64,000 bases of DNA. It comes from Botryllus schlosseri (lineage: Eukaryota). The position numbers were made by a program, and so were the translations under genes. Location: the NCBI GenBank assembly GCA_051294905.1, contig CM119372.1:37450001-37514000 (forward strand), given 5' to 3'. The notes beneath the pieces are model-generated. The model did no database searches and had not been told where the DNA came from. It worked only from the letters and a program-made list of their open reading frames with translations. This document shows positions 1-14,110 of this stretch, piece by piece. Every line of letters starts with the position of its first letter. Position 1 is the first letter of the stretch.

Positions 1-357
1 TGAAAATATAATTTTTGCGGTCTAGCCTGAAATGTACGTCATATTTAAACGGCAGTCAACTAATCAAGCGATCTGTTCACATGTAGTGCCAAATATTCCC
101 AGTAAAAAGTTGGTTGCATAAAAAATAGAAAAAAAAACTTGCAAACAGTTGTATAAAAAATCGAAAAAGGCTGCAAAAAGTTTCATGAAAAATCTAAAAG
201 TTGTAAAAAATTGCATGAAAAAAATGGAGAAAAGATGCAAAAAGTTGCAATATCAGATTCCCCAGACAGGTTAAAACACCATGCTACATAACTTCTGATT
301 ATTTAGAAAGCTGCCGGAGCTGTGGAAAAAGTTGAAAAAGTTGCAAAAACTTACCCT
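1..357. mobile_element. right end of hAT-type MITE (AAAGTTGCA-rich family)
   Basis: Ends GCAAAAACTTACCCTA, like copies at 18025-18433 and 25258-26136. Confidence 0.75.
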
Positions 358-1638
358 AGTTATGACACAATAAACAGTTCTCCATTCGTAATAATACAAA
401 ATGAGTGTCTACGGTAACACAATGACGAAATATGCCGAAACAATCGACAATGAACTCGTATAAGGCTGTGTCATCATCGTAGTAGATTCTACCTGGACTT
501 GGTATAGTTTCAAAAATTACCTTACTATTGTAACCCTATCTATGCGTGTTACACATATTTATAGAGTTGAATTATTTGATATCGAACACTGTACAATATA
601 ACTAGATGGTGCAACTCTTGTTTTATGCGATAAGTGAAATTTACTGCAGCATATCGCTGCTGTGATTCATTTATTGTGCAACAGTACCCTGCGTTCATTA
701 TAATGAGCTGCGTTTGCGTATGACTGACCATGAAGCGAACAACGGATTTTCCGTATCAGTCGGAAAAAGCTGTTCCTTCGCTTTATTGGACCAAAAGTGA
801 GCATAATCAAAGTGTCCGAATTCGGAAGAGTCGACTGTACTATATTTCTTTATTTTATTGTTATAACATAACAAACAAATACCACTGTTGCAAAAGATAA
901 TTTAAGGCCGAACTATAGCATATTGGCACATTCGCGATTATCTCAGGTATATATATGATATACCGCAGGGCCGCGCAACTCTTCCCGTCTGCTGGCCTGA
1001 TATGGGGAAATGAAGTATGCTACTTGACGGGGACGGATTTCTGAATCAAACCACTAATCACGTATTGTCCACTTACACAAGTGACAAATAGTATTTACTG
1101 TACACTACGAGTTTGAAGCATAGAGACAAAAAACAGTATTTAATTTTTTGAACCCAGGCAGCATGTCGGACGTACAAACCCTTAGTAAAGACCGTACATG
1201 AACATTAGTTAGATCTTAACGCAAATATGTTTTCTTGCAAATATACGTACACCCGCAGGCCACATTATCATGTATGTTATGTATATATAATGTATATTGT
1301 CATGCGAATTCTATAGACCTAGGCTATATCTCGGCTTGTCTATACTGTACAAGTCTTCAGTCGCTATGTTACGAAGTGAGAAGCGATTTGATCAAGTACT
1401 GAAATTATAGAGTTTTTCTTCTAACAGTTAGCTGTATCAATGAGAGTGATATATGGTTACCATACGTCCTTTTTTAATAGGAATCGTCGTCTTTTTTCAA
1501 TAAATTGAAAGTGTCCTCGGATGAGGACGCATAAATGTCCTCTTTCTTGGGAATGTGTTCTCTTCTTGTAGAAAAAAAAGGATTAAAATGCGATCAAAAA
1601 CTCTACTCCAACACTGCGAAGGCCAGAGTGGGTTAGAC

Positions 1639-3614
1639 CAGTGGTTCTCAAACGCCGGTCCGCCAGGTATATTACAATTTTATACCTTAATTTCTAGATG
1701 CAATATGTTGAAGGCTTGTCCATTGATAGAATAAATAAAACACCAAATCTCCCAGATTCAAAACTTCGTGAGGTAACATTTAGGCTGGAAACATGTTTGA
1801 TTTGACTTGAAGTTCAAGACGTGTCATTTGACGAATTGCAAGCGAAAAATATGACCCTACTCGCTAAACCGCGCAGTTTGCGCGATCGTTCGTTTTCGAT
1901 TCATTCATTCTGTGCAAGACTGTAACTGGGGCACCCCAAAACCCCAAACTGAAGAGGGGTCGAGCTTGAAGGGGTCCAAAATTATTTCGCAAATGATCAT
2001 AAATCATACTGTTTTTTTCTTCTTTTTCCAACATTTTCCAATTTATTTGCGCGCCTTGCGGGATTTATTGCCACTCAACGTCTTGCTTATTGGGTGCCCT
2101 TCTCCAAGAAATACCCATGATTTAGAGAAATAGGCATTTCGACTTCAGCCATTAGCGCGTCACGATGCACCAGCAAGTTTAGTCTAACATGGGACTCCAT
2201 AAGGTCTGCCAAAAAATTTGGCAACGAAAAAACCTGGGGCGAAAAGGACTGCGCTTTGTTGACCGAAAACTTCGATATTTATATGTCTAATTGTCCATGG
2301 GATCTAAATGGCTGACGCCGAATCTCGCTGTTCAGGCAATTTGCCAGGGAAGAAATACCAATTTGGAATCGTGTGCGGCTTTTAGTTTTGTAAGCATGGG
2401 CGATTTCAATATCTATTCACTATATAACAGACAGTAGGTCACGAAATAATGACATGCAACGAAATAATTATTGCAACAGGCCCGCCCGAATATGATAAAT
2501 TATTTTTGACTTGCCAAAATTTTCCAAAACGACACCGCACTCAGTTCTACCAGAAAATCTGACAATTCTGAGAGGATAATAAATATTGTAGCATTTTATA
2601 TGCAATTACCAATATTATTATTCAGTCGTGTATGATCGAAAATTTTCGCTATTGGTGCGATTAGGCTACAGGCTGAGTAGAATGAATGTCCTCACAAGTA
2701 CTGATGAAAAATCCACCCAACTATGCGGTCTGGTGGACGAAGCCCCCTCCCCTTCACGAAGTTTAGCTTACCACCCTGTGGGGCCCAAGACCCAATTTTT
2801 TTTGTGTGTGTGTGGGGGGGGAGGGGGGGGGGGCTGAAGAAGTGTTTTTTCGCCAAGGGTTTTGTGAATGGCTGGTATAGCTGTTGTCAGGTGTTTTCGT
2901 GCGGCACATTGTATTCGTAGTAGCGAGGGTAGACTACGTTTGGTGGTAGTTTGCAATGAGCAAGGTAGCACGACAAGGTGCTTGGTTCGACTCCGAAACG
3001 CTTCTTCTCAGGATACTGTCAACGAGAAGATTATTATACGAGATGGCGTGGTCGGTTAAACCCACGGTTTTCGGCGCGAAAGAATGTAAACGACTCTCGG
3101 TGGTAGCACGTTTATCTGGACAAGGCAATTTTACCGCGATTTAGCAGCCTCATTACCGTGAAATCACATGGATGCAATAATGAACATCATTATTCACGAA
3201 CAAAACCCTTCAAATGTCACTCGCAAGGACCATATACTTGCAAAAACGGTTGCATATACTTTACATTTTGGCTAGATTTCAATTTTTGAAAGTCTACCGG
3301 TCCGCCAGATATTTTTCGAAACTTTGCCGGTCCGCGAGGTGAAAAAGGTTGAGAGAGAGAGAGAGATACATATGATATTCTTTTTCGCCTGCGCCATCGA
3401 GACGCTTTGACGACGGAGTTGCGAGGTCATCTAGTCTGCGCCCCCGTTTTTTTTCTCCCCCATGCTATCCGTGATTGCTGAGCGCCTAGCAGGATAGCTG
3501 CGGATACCAATTTTCGAGTCTTTGGTATGACCCGGCCGGGGATCGAACCCACGACCTACCGCTCGAGAAGCCGGACGCATAACCATTACACTATCTCGCT
3601 CGGTAGAACCACTG
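1639..3614. mobile_element. hAT (Charlie-like) non-autonomous element with SINE in right TIR
   Basis: CAGTGGTTCT...AGAACCACTG termini, TSD GGTTAGAC/GGTTCGAC. Confidence 0.75.
3350..3601 (-). mobile_element. tRNA-derived SINE with (TC)n tail
   Basis: A box TAGTGTAATGG, B box GGTTCGATCCC, body CCTGCTAGGCGCTCAGCA; second copy at 58911-59285. Confidence 0.8.
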
Positions 3615-6600
3615 GGTTCGACAATCAATGAAAAATGCAGGTTAATTCAGGAGTCCAGTCAAAGTGGTGACCTTTTTTAGTCAACACAGTACAAGTTAGT
3701 AGTACTAGTTACAGTTCCGAAACTTTTTTCCCGCCGTGGGCGCCTCGAAACCTCGATTGATCGCAACGCAGTATACGAAACATGCAGTACCAAGCTACGC
3801 ACGTTAAAGAGAATGTCATTTATGTCAAGTCACGATGAAGCCACAGAATTTTTATAAAATTCAATGAAGTAGGTACGGTCGGTGAAATACCAAGTGTTGA
3901 ACAAACGGTACATGTTTCAATTTCCGCTTCATTCATACTAGTGTGAATAGGCCTTTTGCAGGACACGGATCACGTGACCCGTAGCGCATAGCAACCACAA
4001 ATTGGTCAGCAAGCTACTTTCTCGCGCACCTGCTTCACATAGTGTACTGCTGATTTCTGGTTGTAAACGTTTCGGAAATTTGTCGTCAAAGTGATCGGAG
4101 ATTTACCTGTGATAGATGTCACTTCTCCAGAGTAGATTTAGAATGATTTCTTCAATATAACGCAGAAATTCCTTGGTAACGTAGCCGTATCTCAGATATT
4201 GTATAATATCGTTTTAGGGTTGTAAACGTTCCATAATAGTGTCATGGAAAAGCGCAAGGCTTCAAATATGTTGGATGTCTTTGCTTCAAGAACTACGTAA
4301 ACTCATTGCGTCAAAATGATCGATTTTGTAGCTGTTATTTGGTAGTCAATTATGATTTGATGACACAAAATTCGACATTGCAGGTGATCGACTGCTTGAT
4401 ATTTATTGCAGCATTAAATTGGATAGTATACTATGCCATAGTTGTAGTGTAGTGGCAGTTGGTAACCATTGCAGTATTTTGATAATTGATGTAGATTGCA
4501 ATATATGGAGGATACCGCCATCTTTAAGCCTAAAGAGAGAATGACTGCTGGCAGTACGTTGACGTGTTAGGAATTCAGGCAATGTCTTACATACAGTATA
4601 TATATTAAACATCCTATGCTATTGTATGGCTTCTCAGTTGACCAATTCAAAATATTTAGATATATACCCAGGGTTGCCATCGCCAGGGACCAAAAAATAA
4701 GGACAGTCAAAAACTTAGATTAGCACGAAAAAGCGTTTCTGTACATACTACCCAGCAAACACCCGATATCCCGTGGAGTTACTGGTATGTCCACAATTGT
4801 TCCCACTCGTCCCACCTCCCACCCTGAGTTACGGAGGACTTGCTCAGTATGCCCAAGATTGGACGTCAATTTATGTAACTACAGGTGACTACCAGAGGAA
4901 GTGAATTTTAGAATGCTCCTGTACCAGTCACAAATGACCATTCCAGTGGATGTCATAATGGCATGATGCCTGGATGCCACCTACACAGGAGTTCGTCAGA
5001 ATGTCCCTACTTGGAAATCGTTTTTATGAATTCAAGTGTGCATTGTGCAATCAATGCAAAATAGTTTTCTGAATACACTCATGAATGTCATGATACATTT
5101 CACCATTTGTAATCTATCGGAGTGAATACGAGAATGTTGATTGATGATATGGCGATGACTTTCTATCGCGCGGAACTTCAGAAGCCCGGCTATCGATGAT
5201 CGCGGTCGCACATATGTACGATGTAGAGACATACAGCTATTTTATTGTGACATTACTGGATCGAAATGTCCACATCAAGGCAAAATATATTATTTCAAAT
5301 ATACCGTATACCCAATGCATGTGAAATCTTCCGACATGAAAACTTGACAACCGTAATAACGGCATGGTGATAACTATTCCAATCACGGAACTATACTCAG
5401 TCTGCCGGCTATTATCGATAATTAAGGCCGCACTGCGCAAGAGGCCAGCGATAATGCATATGAGGCATTCCGATACCTGTCGAATCTCGAGTGTCGAGCC
5501 GAGCACGCCTGTTGCTTGAAATTCATTCAACCATAAAACCAAATGACTCCGTTCTTCTGTCTGGCGAGCATTCGCGCGTGGTTCGATTTGAATTTGAAAT
5601 AACAGGTTTTGTAGTAATGGCGGAGTGACGGATTTATCACAGGAATGGTTTAGTTTAGAATAGGATACTTAACGGCGTGGATGGATTGTGCCTGCTATTG
5701 ATTATTATTGATATTGTCGCTGTCATGAGTACTGGAAAGGCAGAGATCACGGAAGCTTGGTATTTGAGCGCTATATTTATTGAACAGCAACAGCCTCGGA
5801 CCCTCGGTCAACATTAACTGCGATAACCGAAATGAATTTCACTATGATTCTAGTGGCACGTCTGCGGCTGCGCCGCGGTTTATCATGTACGAACGAAACT
5901 AATCGACCCGCTGCTAATCGTAAACTTATGCAGTAGTTGTAATACTATATAGTATAGCGATGAGCATGATCATGATACTATTTAATTATAATGTAATCAT
6001 TGAAGTTCGATTTGCAGCACAGTGGGTTTCATGTTGTTGTAATATCCAACTTACTGTTTGATGTGTACGGTATATACTATGAAAAGTTTGACATGAATTT
6101 CCAAAGACTGCAAGATCCATGCAGCAAACCAGATGCAGCATCGATGAATGTATTATAGCCAGTGGTTAGGTTTATATAGCTATAAAATTTGAAAGTGTAT
6201 TATAGGATGTTCCTTTACGGAATGTGAGATTGCTGAATTTGTGGCTGAAAACTATAGTTGCGCCTATGCTAATGAATAGTAGCATCCCATTGACCGGCAT
6301 GTCGGCTATATTATCGTATTTGTTGTAATTTTGTGTTGTGTCCACAACAACATTAAAACCATTGATAGGCCTACTAGTCGAGGCTTTCGGTGAACATGTC
6401 AAAATGTATGGCTTTATTATTAGTTCAATGTTAGGGTATTCCAGGAACAATCATTATAGTTAACCCAACTTTAACCTCAGGCTAATTTAATGATACCCAA
6501 ACGCTAAACCAATTATAAACTACATGGATTTTAACATGTTCATGGGGAAGACGGGTTGTCGCAATGTCGGCAATGTCGCCGTGCAACATACTTAAAATGC

Positions 6601-7479
6601 TTACTTATAACTTGCAATATAACGATAACTTATAATTTATATACATATAACTTAGCTATACGATATCTTGAAATCCCTGGTAAGAAATAGTAGTCGCAAA
6701 AATTATAGTCGCATTTAGCTCATTGGATATCTTGCACGTTCCTCGTCATATATTATGAAAGTTTAAAATTGGTGAAAATAGATAATTATTCCATTTGAAT
6801 TTTCACTTCTTCTTGGACCTTGAGTTGACATTGATCTTTAGATATTTCGCCCATTACCTTCCAATAAGTAGGCCTATATTGCATGGAGACATTGTGCCAA
6901 CATTCACAAAATATATTAACATTGCCTACATTACAGCGACATTCACAAAGTAGATGGGCCCTAGGGAAGACTGATTGCTTTGCTGATAGTCATGTTGTCG
7001 TGAATAAGAAAGCACACTATTGACTCTTATTATCAATGGATTCTTCATGCGGATGAGGCAGGGGCAAACCTGGGTCTGCGTATACAACATTGCTTCATTT
7101 TTAGCAGGAGTCTAAATATGGAACAGGCAATGTTATATAGTACTTTTCAACTTTGGAGCAACGCATCGCAGTCGTGCATTGTCCATGGATTAAGAAGTTG
7201 AATCATGTAAGTTGGAGTGATGATTTATGATTGTTCATGTTCATTAATCAGCGATTTGTTAGCCTGAAAAAAGTGTCATAAATGATGCGCAAATAGACTC
7301 TGTGACGGTGGTTCCCGATCAGGATTTTGCCAGTGGTGCTCAAAATTGCTGCATGATATTTTGATATTATATCGATGTTCGTTGAATCCAAGTGTGCCAT
7401 AATTCACAGTGACGCTGATCTGGTATGCATGATTTCTATAGATATCTCAGGTTGGCCGCATCACTTCTGTTCTGATTAG

Positions 7480-8393
7480 TAGGGCTTGGCAAAATCGAGC
7501 ACCTGAGTGAAGAGTGATTGATTCTGAATTTGGTGTTAAGTGTCAAGTATTCGATAATCACTCATCATGTTATACTCATAACAGTATGAGTATTATGGAA
7601 GGTTGAAAATGTATCTTTTATGTTTTCACTGAGAACATACAATGATGCCATGCAAGTTTTACATCAGACTAAATTACAGATAATTTGGTGTATTTTCGAC
7701 CGATACCTATTTCATTGCACTTTGTGACTATGCATTGGGTTAATCATGACTTCACAGATATGTCATTTCCACTAAAGTGAATAGCTTTGTACTACGTATT
7801 TTGTATGCTACTTCCACATTGTAAAATGGTATCAAAAATTATAAGTTTATTGATAACTGTACTCTTGGTGGCAAATAGCGTATAATTTCAGAAGGCCTAC
7901 TTGAAAAAGTCATCTACTTCGCTTGAATCAATAGAATTAATGGTGACCAGTGAACTCGGCCCATTGAACTCGGCCATCGGTGAACTGGGCCCATGGTGAC
8001 TTTGTCAATACAAATTATTATAAATGTTGTGAATTGTATTATTACTTGAAGGCAATGGCGATTGTCGAATTGGTGGTGGTGGATATGCCGTGTGAATGTT
8101 ATTCCCTCTTTGCGGTATCATATGTCGGATGTATAAAATGTTCTATTAGGCGTACGGAGCTGTATAATGCTGACGAAGGGTGCAGAACGTCAAGGATCAG
8201 ATCGCACATGGTGAATTCGGTGTATCCCAAGATTAGGGTTGCAGGGGCTTAGGTTTAGGCCGAGTTCACCGAAGGCCGAGTTTACCGTAGGCTGAGTTCA
8301 ATGGGCCGAATTAACCATGGCCCGAGTTCACTGGTAATCGAATTAATACTCGATTTAGATTCGAGTACTCAATTTCTCATGTGCCCAGCCCTA
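7480..8393. mobile_element. hAT MITE (TAGGGCT TIR) with nested GAACTCGGCC element (about 7941-8340)
   Basis: Perfect TSD CTGATTAG; related copy at 11185-11676. Confidence 0.8.
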
Positions 8394-8403
8394 CTGATTA
8401 GTG

Positions 8404-9909
8404 CAGAGGTCTCAAACTCAAATGTGCTCGCGGGCCAATTTCCTAGTTCTGATGACGCCGCGGGCCGCAGCATCAATAATAGGGATATTCAATGTATAAT
8501 TTCTAAGTAGGCCTTATTTGACGGGACCTTGCAGACAGGCAATCCACAAACATCGTGAAAATGTAATTTGCTATTCTATACTATTCACGCTTGACACGGA
8601 AAAAATCACATTTTGAAATGATTTAATAGAATTGTTTTTGTGCCGGGCATAACTTTTTCCAATTAATGAGTAATAGACATCATGCGAGAGGATGTATCGT
8701 AAAACTGTCGGGTTATAATATTGCAGCTAGTGGACCTTTGACGTGCCACAATTCTATGTAAAATATTTTAAAATCTACTGAAGATTGATCTGATATCAGA
8801 GCATTTGAGCGGTGTAGCCTAATCCTGGTTTTGATATAGTCGTGATGAGTAGATCTAGCGGCTATTGTTACTGTCAATGCCCAAGTCAAATTAAATTAGC
8901 GTTCGATTTTGCCTTCGATTTATTGGAACATATCAATAACAACTTGAATAAAATCATTATTGAGCCATAGTAATATCATTGCTTCTTAACCTTTTTATCG
9001 ACCGTACCTCTTGTGCTCGTACCGCTATCGCTCGTCCATTTTCAACACAATTTCTGGTGGTATCTATATTAGACTATTTTCCAGTTAATTAAATTGGCCA
9101 CAAATATTCCACAGCATATAGGCCTAATTCCACAATACAACTCGTACACCCTGATATGGCGCTTCGTACCGCGATGGGGTCTACAGACCCTGGTTAAGAA
9201 CCCCTGGAATAGAAATGTCCAATCGGTGAAGAATTCATTGGTGTTACAGCTGTAGAAGGTACTACTATACCTTACTCGCCACCGATAATAACATGGATAA
9301 AGAGAACAAACAACACCCAGCATGTAACCAACTATACGTCACGGAGGTCACAGAATACCAATAGTTGCCATACTGATCTGATTAGATAGCTATACAGGCC
9401 TACTCAATGCAACGCAAGCTACGACCTCTTGATATATTACTATTCTGTATTCTCCATGGCAGTTTCATTAATTGTTGCTTCCGTATGATTACCAAGTCAC
9501 CGTTCCGAGTCGCAATTCCTTCTCTGATTTTAACGTTTGACCCGACTCAACTCGAGTCATTTCTATTTAATCATCCAGTCAATCCGAAATTTAGTAATTT
9601 TACGAGAAGGTCGCACCAAACCGAATCACAATTTTGAGTCACGAATCATCAACGGGTCGTGTTTTATCATCATAAACTACAAATGTGACGTAATAGCTGA
9701 TCTTCAACCGCATGGTAGCTTTTAAAAGTGATGCTATGGTGAAGTATGGTGAGATTTCAGTGATTTTTGTAGTAGATTTAGCGTGAACTTCAAGTTCTTA
9801 TATTTAAACAGATATATGGCTCGTGCATATATTGTTGAATACTTGAAATTCCAAAACGTCGTCGCGGGCCGCACAAAATGCTCTGCGGGCCGCGTGTTTG
9901 AGACCTCTG
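8404..9909. mobile_element. 1.5-kb hAT non-autonomous element
   Basis: CAGAGGTCTCAAAC TIRs, TSD GATTAGTG/GATTAGCG; inverted copy at 42616-44129. Confidence 0.88.
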
Positions 9910-10441
9910 GATTAGCGGGTAGAATGTGCAAATAGCCAAGCTTGTACACCATTTTGATTTTGTTTTTTAACAGGATGTTATGGATACCTGGCTTGAGTTC
10001 TTGACAAATGCCTTCACTAAACCTATTCTAATCATTCAAATTTTCTAGATCGACAATGTCTTCAATTGATGTCAACAACGTCAAGCAGGCTGTACAAAGA
10101 ATGCCTTCTAGACTGGGGCCGACATCGTTTGGAAGAACTACTGCCACCTAGAACAAGCTTTGCTTTTACTCTACAAAATTGGTGCTGCGCCATGCTCGGG
10201 AAAAACTCAGAAAGCAATCGAAGGTAAAAACGTTGAACACACTATATGGAAACCAGAGGTGGTCAAAGTAATCATCCTTTGTACTGAAGTTGAAGTAATG
10301 TCATGAATTTATACACACGTAGATGTAACAAGTTATAAGGTGTGTCAAATCTATTTGAAATGGAAGTCTAGAATGAAGTTCTGAAATATGCTCTAGTAAT
10401 TACTTTTAAAAAGTAGATTTGGTCGATGTGTTGCATACGAT

Positions 10442-10697
10442 CAGAGGTGGTCAAAGTAGTCACCGTCGCTACTCAAGTAGAAGTAGCACTGGAATTTCTA
10501 CTCAAGTAGGAGTAGGAGGGGTGGTTCACAAGTAAGTAAGTAGGTATTCTACGCTCATTTTTGCCTACAAAACTGCAAACTGTCAAGTAGAAGTAGAAGT
10601 AGTCTAAAATCACAACTACTTAAAAAGTAGTGGGAGTAGGCAAAATCTACTAAAAGTACTTCAAAAAGTAAAAGTACTTCGTTACTGACCACCTCTG
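10442..10697. mobile_element. hAT MITE (CAGAGGTGGTCA TIR, AAGTAG-rich family)
   Basis: TSD CATACGAT/TATACGAT; many fragments at 10.2-13.2, 28.0, 29.5, 42.4 and 61.0 kb. Confidence 0.8.
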
Positions 10698-11885
10698 TAT
10701 ACGATTGCCCGACATATGAGCATGCGACACAATGGAAAACAACAGTTGAGCATGGAACACTTTAGCATGCGTCACTTCAGTATGTGACTTCATAACCCTA
10801 AAGCTAACCCTAACCCGAAACATAACACTGAAATTAACCGTTATATATCCCGACCCCAAGCCCTACCCTAACCCAAGCTTGAATTCAACCCTAACCCGTA
10901 ATTTACCTCGCATGGTCATGCGTCGCATGCCCGTATGTCCACAGACCGTTGCATACTCAATAGTTGGTGGGGTGATCAAAGTAATCATTGTTTGCACTTG
11001 AGTAGAAGTAGTAGCAACGCTGTTAACATCTACTCCAGTATAATTAGCGATTCACAAGGCTTGTAAAAATCACTTCAAAAAGAAACAGGAAAGTTCTGAA
11101 AAGTAGGCCTACACAAGTATCAAGTACACAAGTTTCAAAAACTATATTTATTGGAGGTATTACATACTTTTAGCGCGTTGTTATTAGGGCTGGGCAAAAT
11201 CGAGTACCCGGGTGATTCGATGCTGAATCGAATATTTAGCTTCGATTCAATTATCTCATTATGACATCACAACAGTTCGAATGATGACAAGTTGTATGCA
11301 ACTTCAAAGACAAAATTTCCAGTTCTACATCACATCGAAGATTGTTTGGTAAATTTTGGATCATACCTAGCTCATTGCACTTTGTGACAACACATGTGTC
11401 ATTTACACGAACGTGTGTAGCTATGTCCTACATGTTTCGTATTCTGCGATTCGACCAATCACCGTTTCAAGGCCTCACAGTGATATAGAATCGAAATTCG
11501 GTTTCTCGGTAAAGTATTATATAGTTTCGAATACTGAAAATATATAATATGTAACTGAGAATTAGAATTTCGATTCTATATTCGTACTCGAAACTTACTT
11601 TCACTTACTCGACTCGAATCATTGGAATTAATACTCAATTCAGATTCAAGTACTAGAATCATTGTGGCCAGTCCTAGTTATTGTAGGTGGTCACTTCCAA
11701 ACAAAGATGGTCGGAGTAGTCGTGGTCACTGGTCAGTACGTGAGTATCAATAACGATTTACAAGACATCAAACTACCTTTCAAGTATAAGTAGAAAGTGA
11801 AGTTCGGAAAAGTAGGCTACTGGGGTGAGTAGTTTCAAAAAGTGGACACAGTCGAAATGTCGAGACTTATTGCATGTAGTCGTAG

Positions 11886-12354
11886 CAGGGTTGTTATGAC
11901 TCGAGTCATGACTGAGGACTTGACTTGAGTCATTTTCGCAAAATTCCGAAATGACTTGACTCTACTCGAGTCATCTGTATATTGACTCGACTTGGACTCG
12001 AGTCATTGCGCATGACTCGAACCAAGTCATATGACTCGAGAGACCAACATTTCATTGCAATTTGGAAGTATAGTAAAGTGACCACACTATTGGGAATTCG
12101 TCTATTGCTACTTATATTCAAAAACGCGACCAGAAACTGCTAAAAGTGAGGAAAATTGGTAGGCTATATTTTGAATGAGAACCATTCCAAACACAGTTAT
12201 AAAAAGAGGGTTAACAAGGCTTTAACTGGAAACTGAGCGGTCAACACAGTGACTTGGACTCGGACTTGACTCGGTGGTGAATTGAAAATGACTCGAATTG
12301 ACTCGAGTCAAAACTATAAAATTGAGATTGACTTGTGACTTGGTTACAACCCTG
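11886..12354. mobile_element. hAT MITE, GACTCGAGTC-rich family
   Basis: CAGGGTTGT TIR, perfect TSD AGTCGTAG. Confidence 0.85.
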
Positions 12355-12571
12355 AGTCGTAGGTGCATGCTTCTGAACAGAGATGGTTAAAAACGTAGTT
12401 GTTTTCAGCACTCAAGTAGAAATAATTGTTGTGTCATCAATGTAGTAGAAGTAGTAGTAAGGCCATGTATTTCCATTCTGCTACAAGCAGTGATTCACAA
12501 GTCTTGTCCAAACTAATTTATGTGAAAGTATAATTTCTGAAAAGTACTCAAGTATGTACTTTAGATGTTTC

Positions 12572-13063
12572 CAGGGCTGTAGCCAGGTCACAAGTCAATC
12601 TCACTTATAAATATAGTTTTGACTCGAGTCAAGTCAAGTCATTTTCAATTCACCACCGAGTCAAGTCCAAATCAGCGAGTATAGGGTCGAGTTCGAGTCA
12701 TGGTGGTATGACTCAAGTTCAACCATTTCGTTGACTGTTGACAGTTTCCAGTTAAATTCTTGTTTAATCCACTTTTTATAACTCTGTTCGGTGATATCAA
12801 CGGTTCGCATTTATAATATAGGCTACTGATTTTTCTCACCTTTAACAGTTTCTGGTCGCATTTTCAAGTACCGCTACCATTAGACGAAATACCAATAGTG
12901 TGGTTACACTAGTGTGTTATCGGTCTTGGCCGTCCGAGTCTCGATTCATATGACTTGTCCGAGTCATTACATAGATTGACTCGAGTCGAGTCATTTCCGA
13001 ATTTTGAGAAAAAGACTCGAGTCACCAGAAATCGCAACTCGACTCATTGCAATTACAGCCCTG
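12572..13063. mobile_element. hAT MITE, GACTCGAGTC-rich family (opposite orientation)
   Basis: CAGGGCTGTA TIR, TSD GATGTTTC/GGTGTTTC; partial copies at 15468-15839 and about 57311-57540. Confidence 0.8.
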
Positions 13064-13874
13064 GGTGTTTCCACAAGTTGATTTGATTGGCTGACGCATA
13101 CTCTGTATCGCTAGTTCCGAAGCTTTCCACACTCAAATAGTATCGTCATAAATTTTCACTCAAGTACAAATAGAAGTAGCGATTTACAAGACATATTACA
13201 ATTAATGCAAGTCGAAATATATAGTGAAGTTCTGATACATATTTCATGTGCTATGAAGAGTGTATCTACATACGATTTGCTGACATTGTTTTTATGTGCT
13301 ACAGGCAAAACAAGGACTGAGAAGAAACCTGTTGTTGCAACCAAAGTTTATTGCCAAAGACGAATACGCGCTCGCGCTCTTAACATGATGCGGTACAGCC
13401 GATGCATCGTTTTACGTCTTGCAATGGTAGTTCCTACTTATGATTGCTTATGTCTGTTTTTAATTGTCTTAGCGGTTGTCCTTTGTCAAATTCCTTTGAC
13501 ACGTTTCTTTCAAATTTCTCGTATGCACCTCAATTGGAATGTTTGTCATGTTAGTTAGTTAAAACTAGCTGATATTTCCAAAATTCATGTGACACATTTA
13601 TTTCATATATTTATAATTTTGTGATCGAATTTTCACCTAATCCTTAACTTTGTTAAATTAAATAATAAGAGTTCTTTAATTAATGTTTTACTTGAAATTT
13701 GCAATTGTCGTTTTCCAGTAACCCAATATAAACAATTTGTGAGCTTATATGATGTTGGATTCCATGTAGTTGGGATTCCATGTAGTGGGAGCAGGTATCG
13801 AAGTGGAGGAGGTAATAATAGAGATCATTAAGTATTCCACAGGGAGTCCTGAGGACTTGAACAGGGGCGAATAA

Positions 13875-14110
13875 CACGTCCGCAGTACGTGGACTGGCGT
13901 CCATAGGGAGTGGCGTTACGTCCACAGGGAGTGACGTTACGTCCACAGGGAGTGGCGTCACGTCCACAGGGAGCGGCGTCAAGTCCACAGTACGTCAGGC
14001 GCGTCCATAGGGAGTGGCGTGACGTCCACAGTACGTCAGACGCGTCCATAGGGAACCACGTGACGTCCAGAATAGGTCAGCCGCGTCCATGAGGAGTCGC
14101 TTCATGTCCA
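13875..14110. repeat. about 21-bp subterminal tandem repeat
   Basis: ACGTCCACAGGGAGTGGCGT(T/C) units. Confidence 0.85.

Larger units (their letters stand above)
7108..10223 (+). pseudogene. possible decayed DUF4806-type accessory gene of the CACTA element
   Basis: Exon-like 7108-7206 (YIVLF/IAVVHCPWIK, frameshifted) and 10049-10223 (MSSIDVNNVKQAVQRMPSRL..KLCF..LRHAREK); match recalled from memory, not searched. Confidence 0.35.

Noticed and set aside
3950..4260. THAP-domain remnant
   Set aside because: Only a C..GC hint with stops; insufficient evidence.
10790..10900. Interstitial telomere (CCCTAA)
   Set aside because: Few imperfect units inside a small inverted-repeat element.
13680..14092. 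ORFs with a DVTPLPV repeat
   Set aside because: Translation of the 21-bp subterminal transposon repeat.
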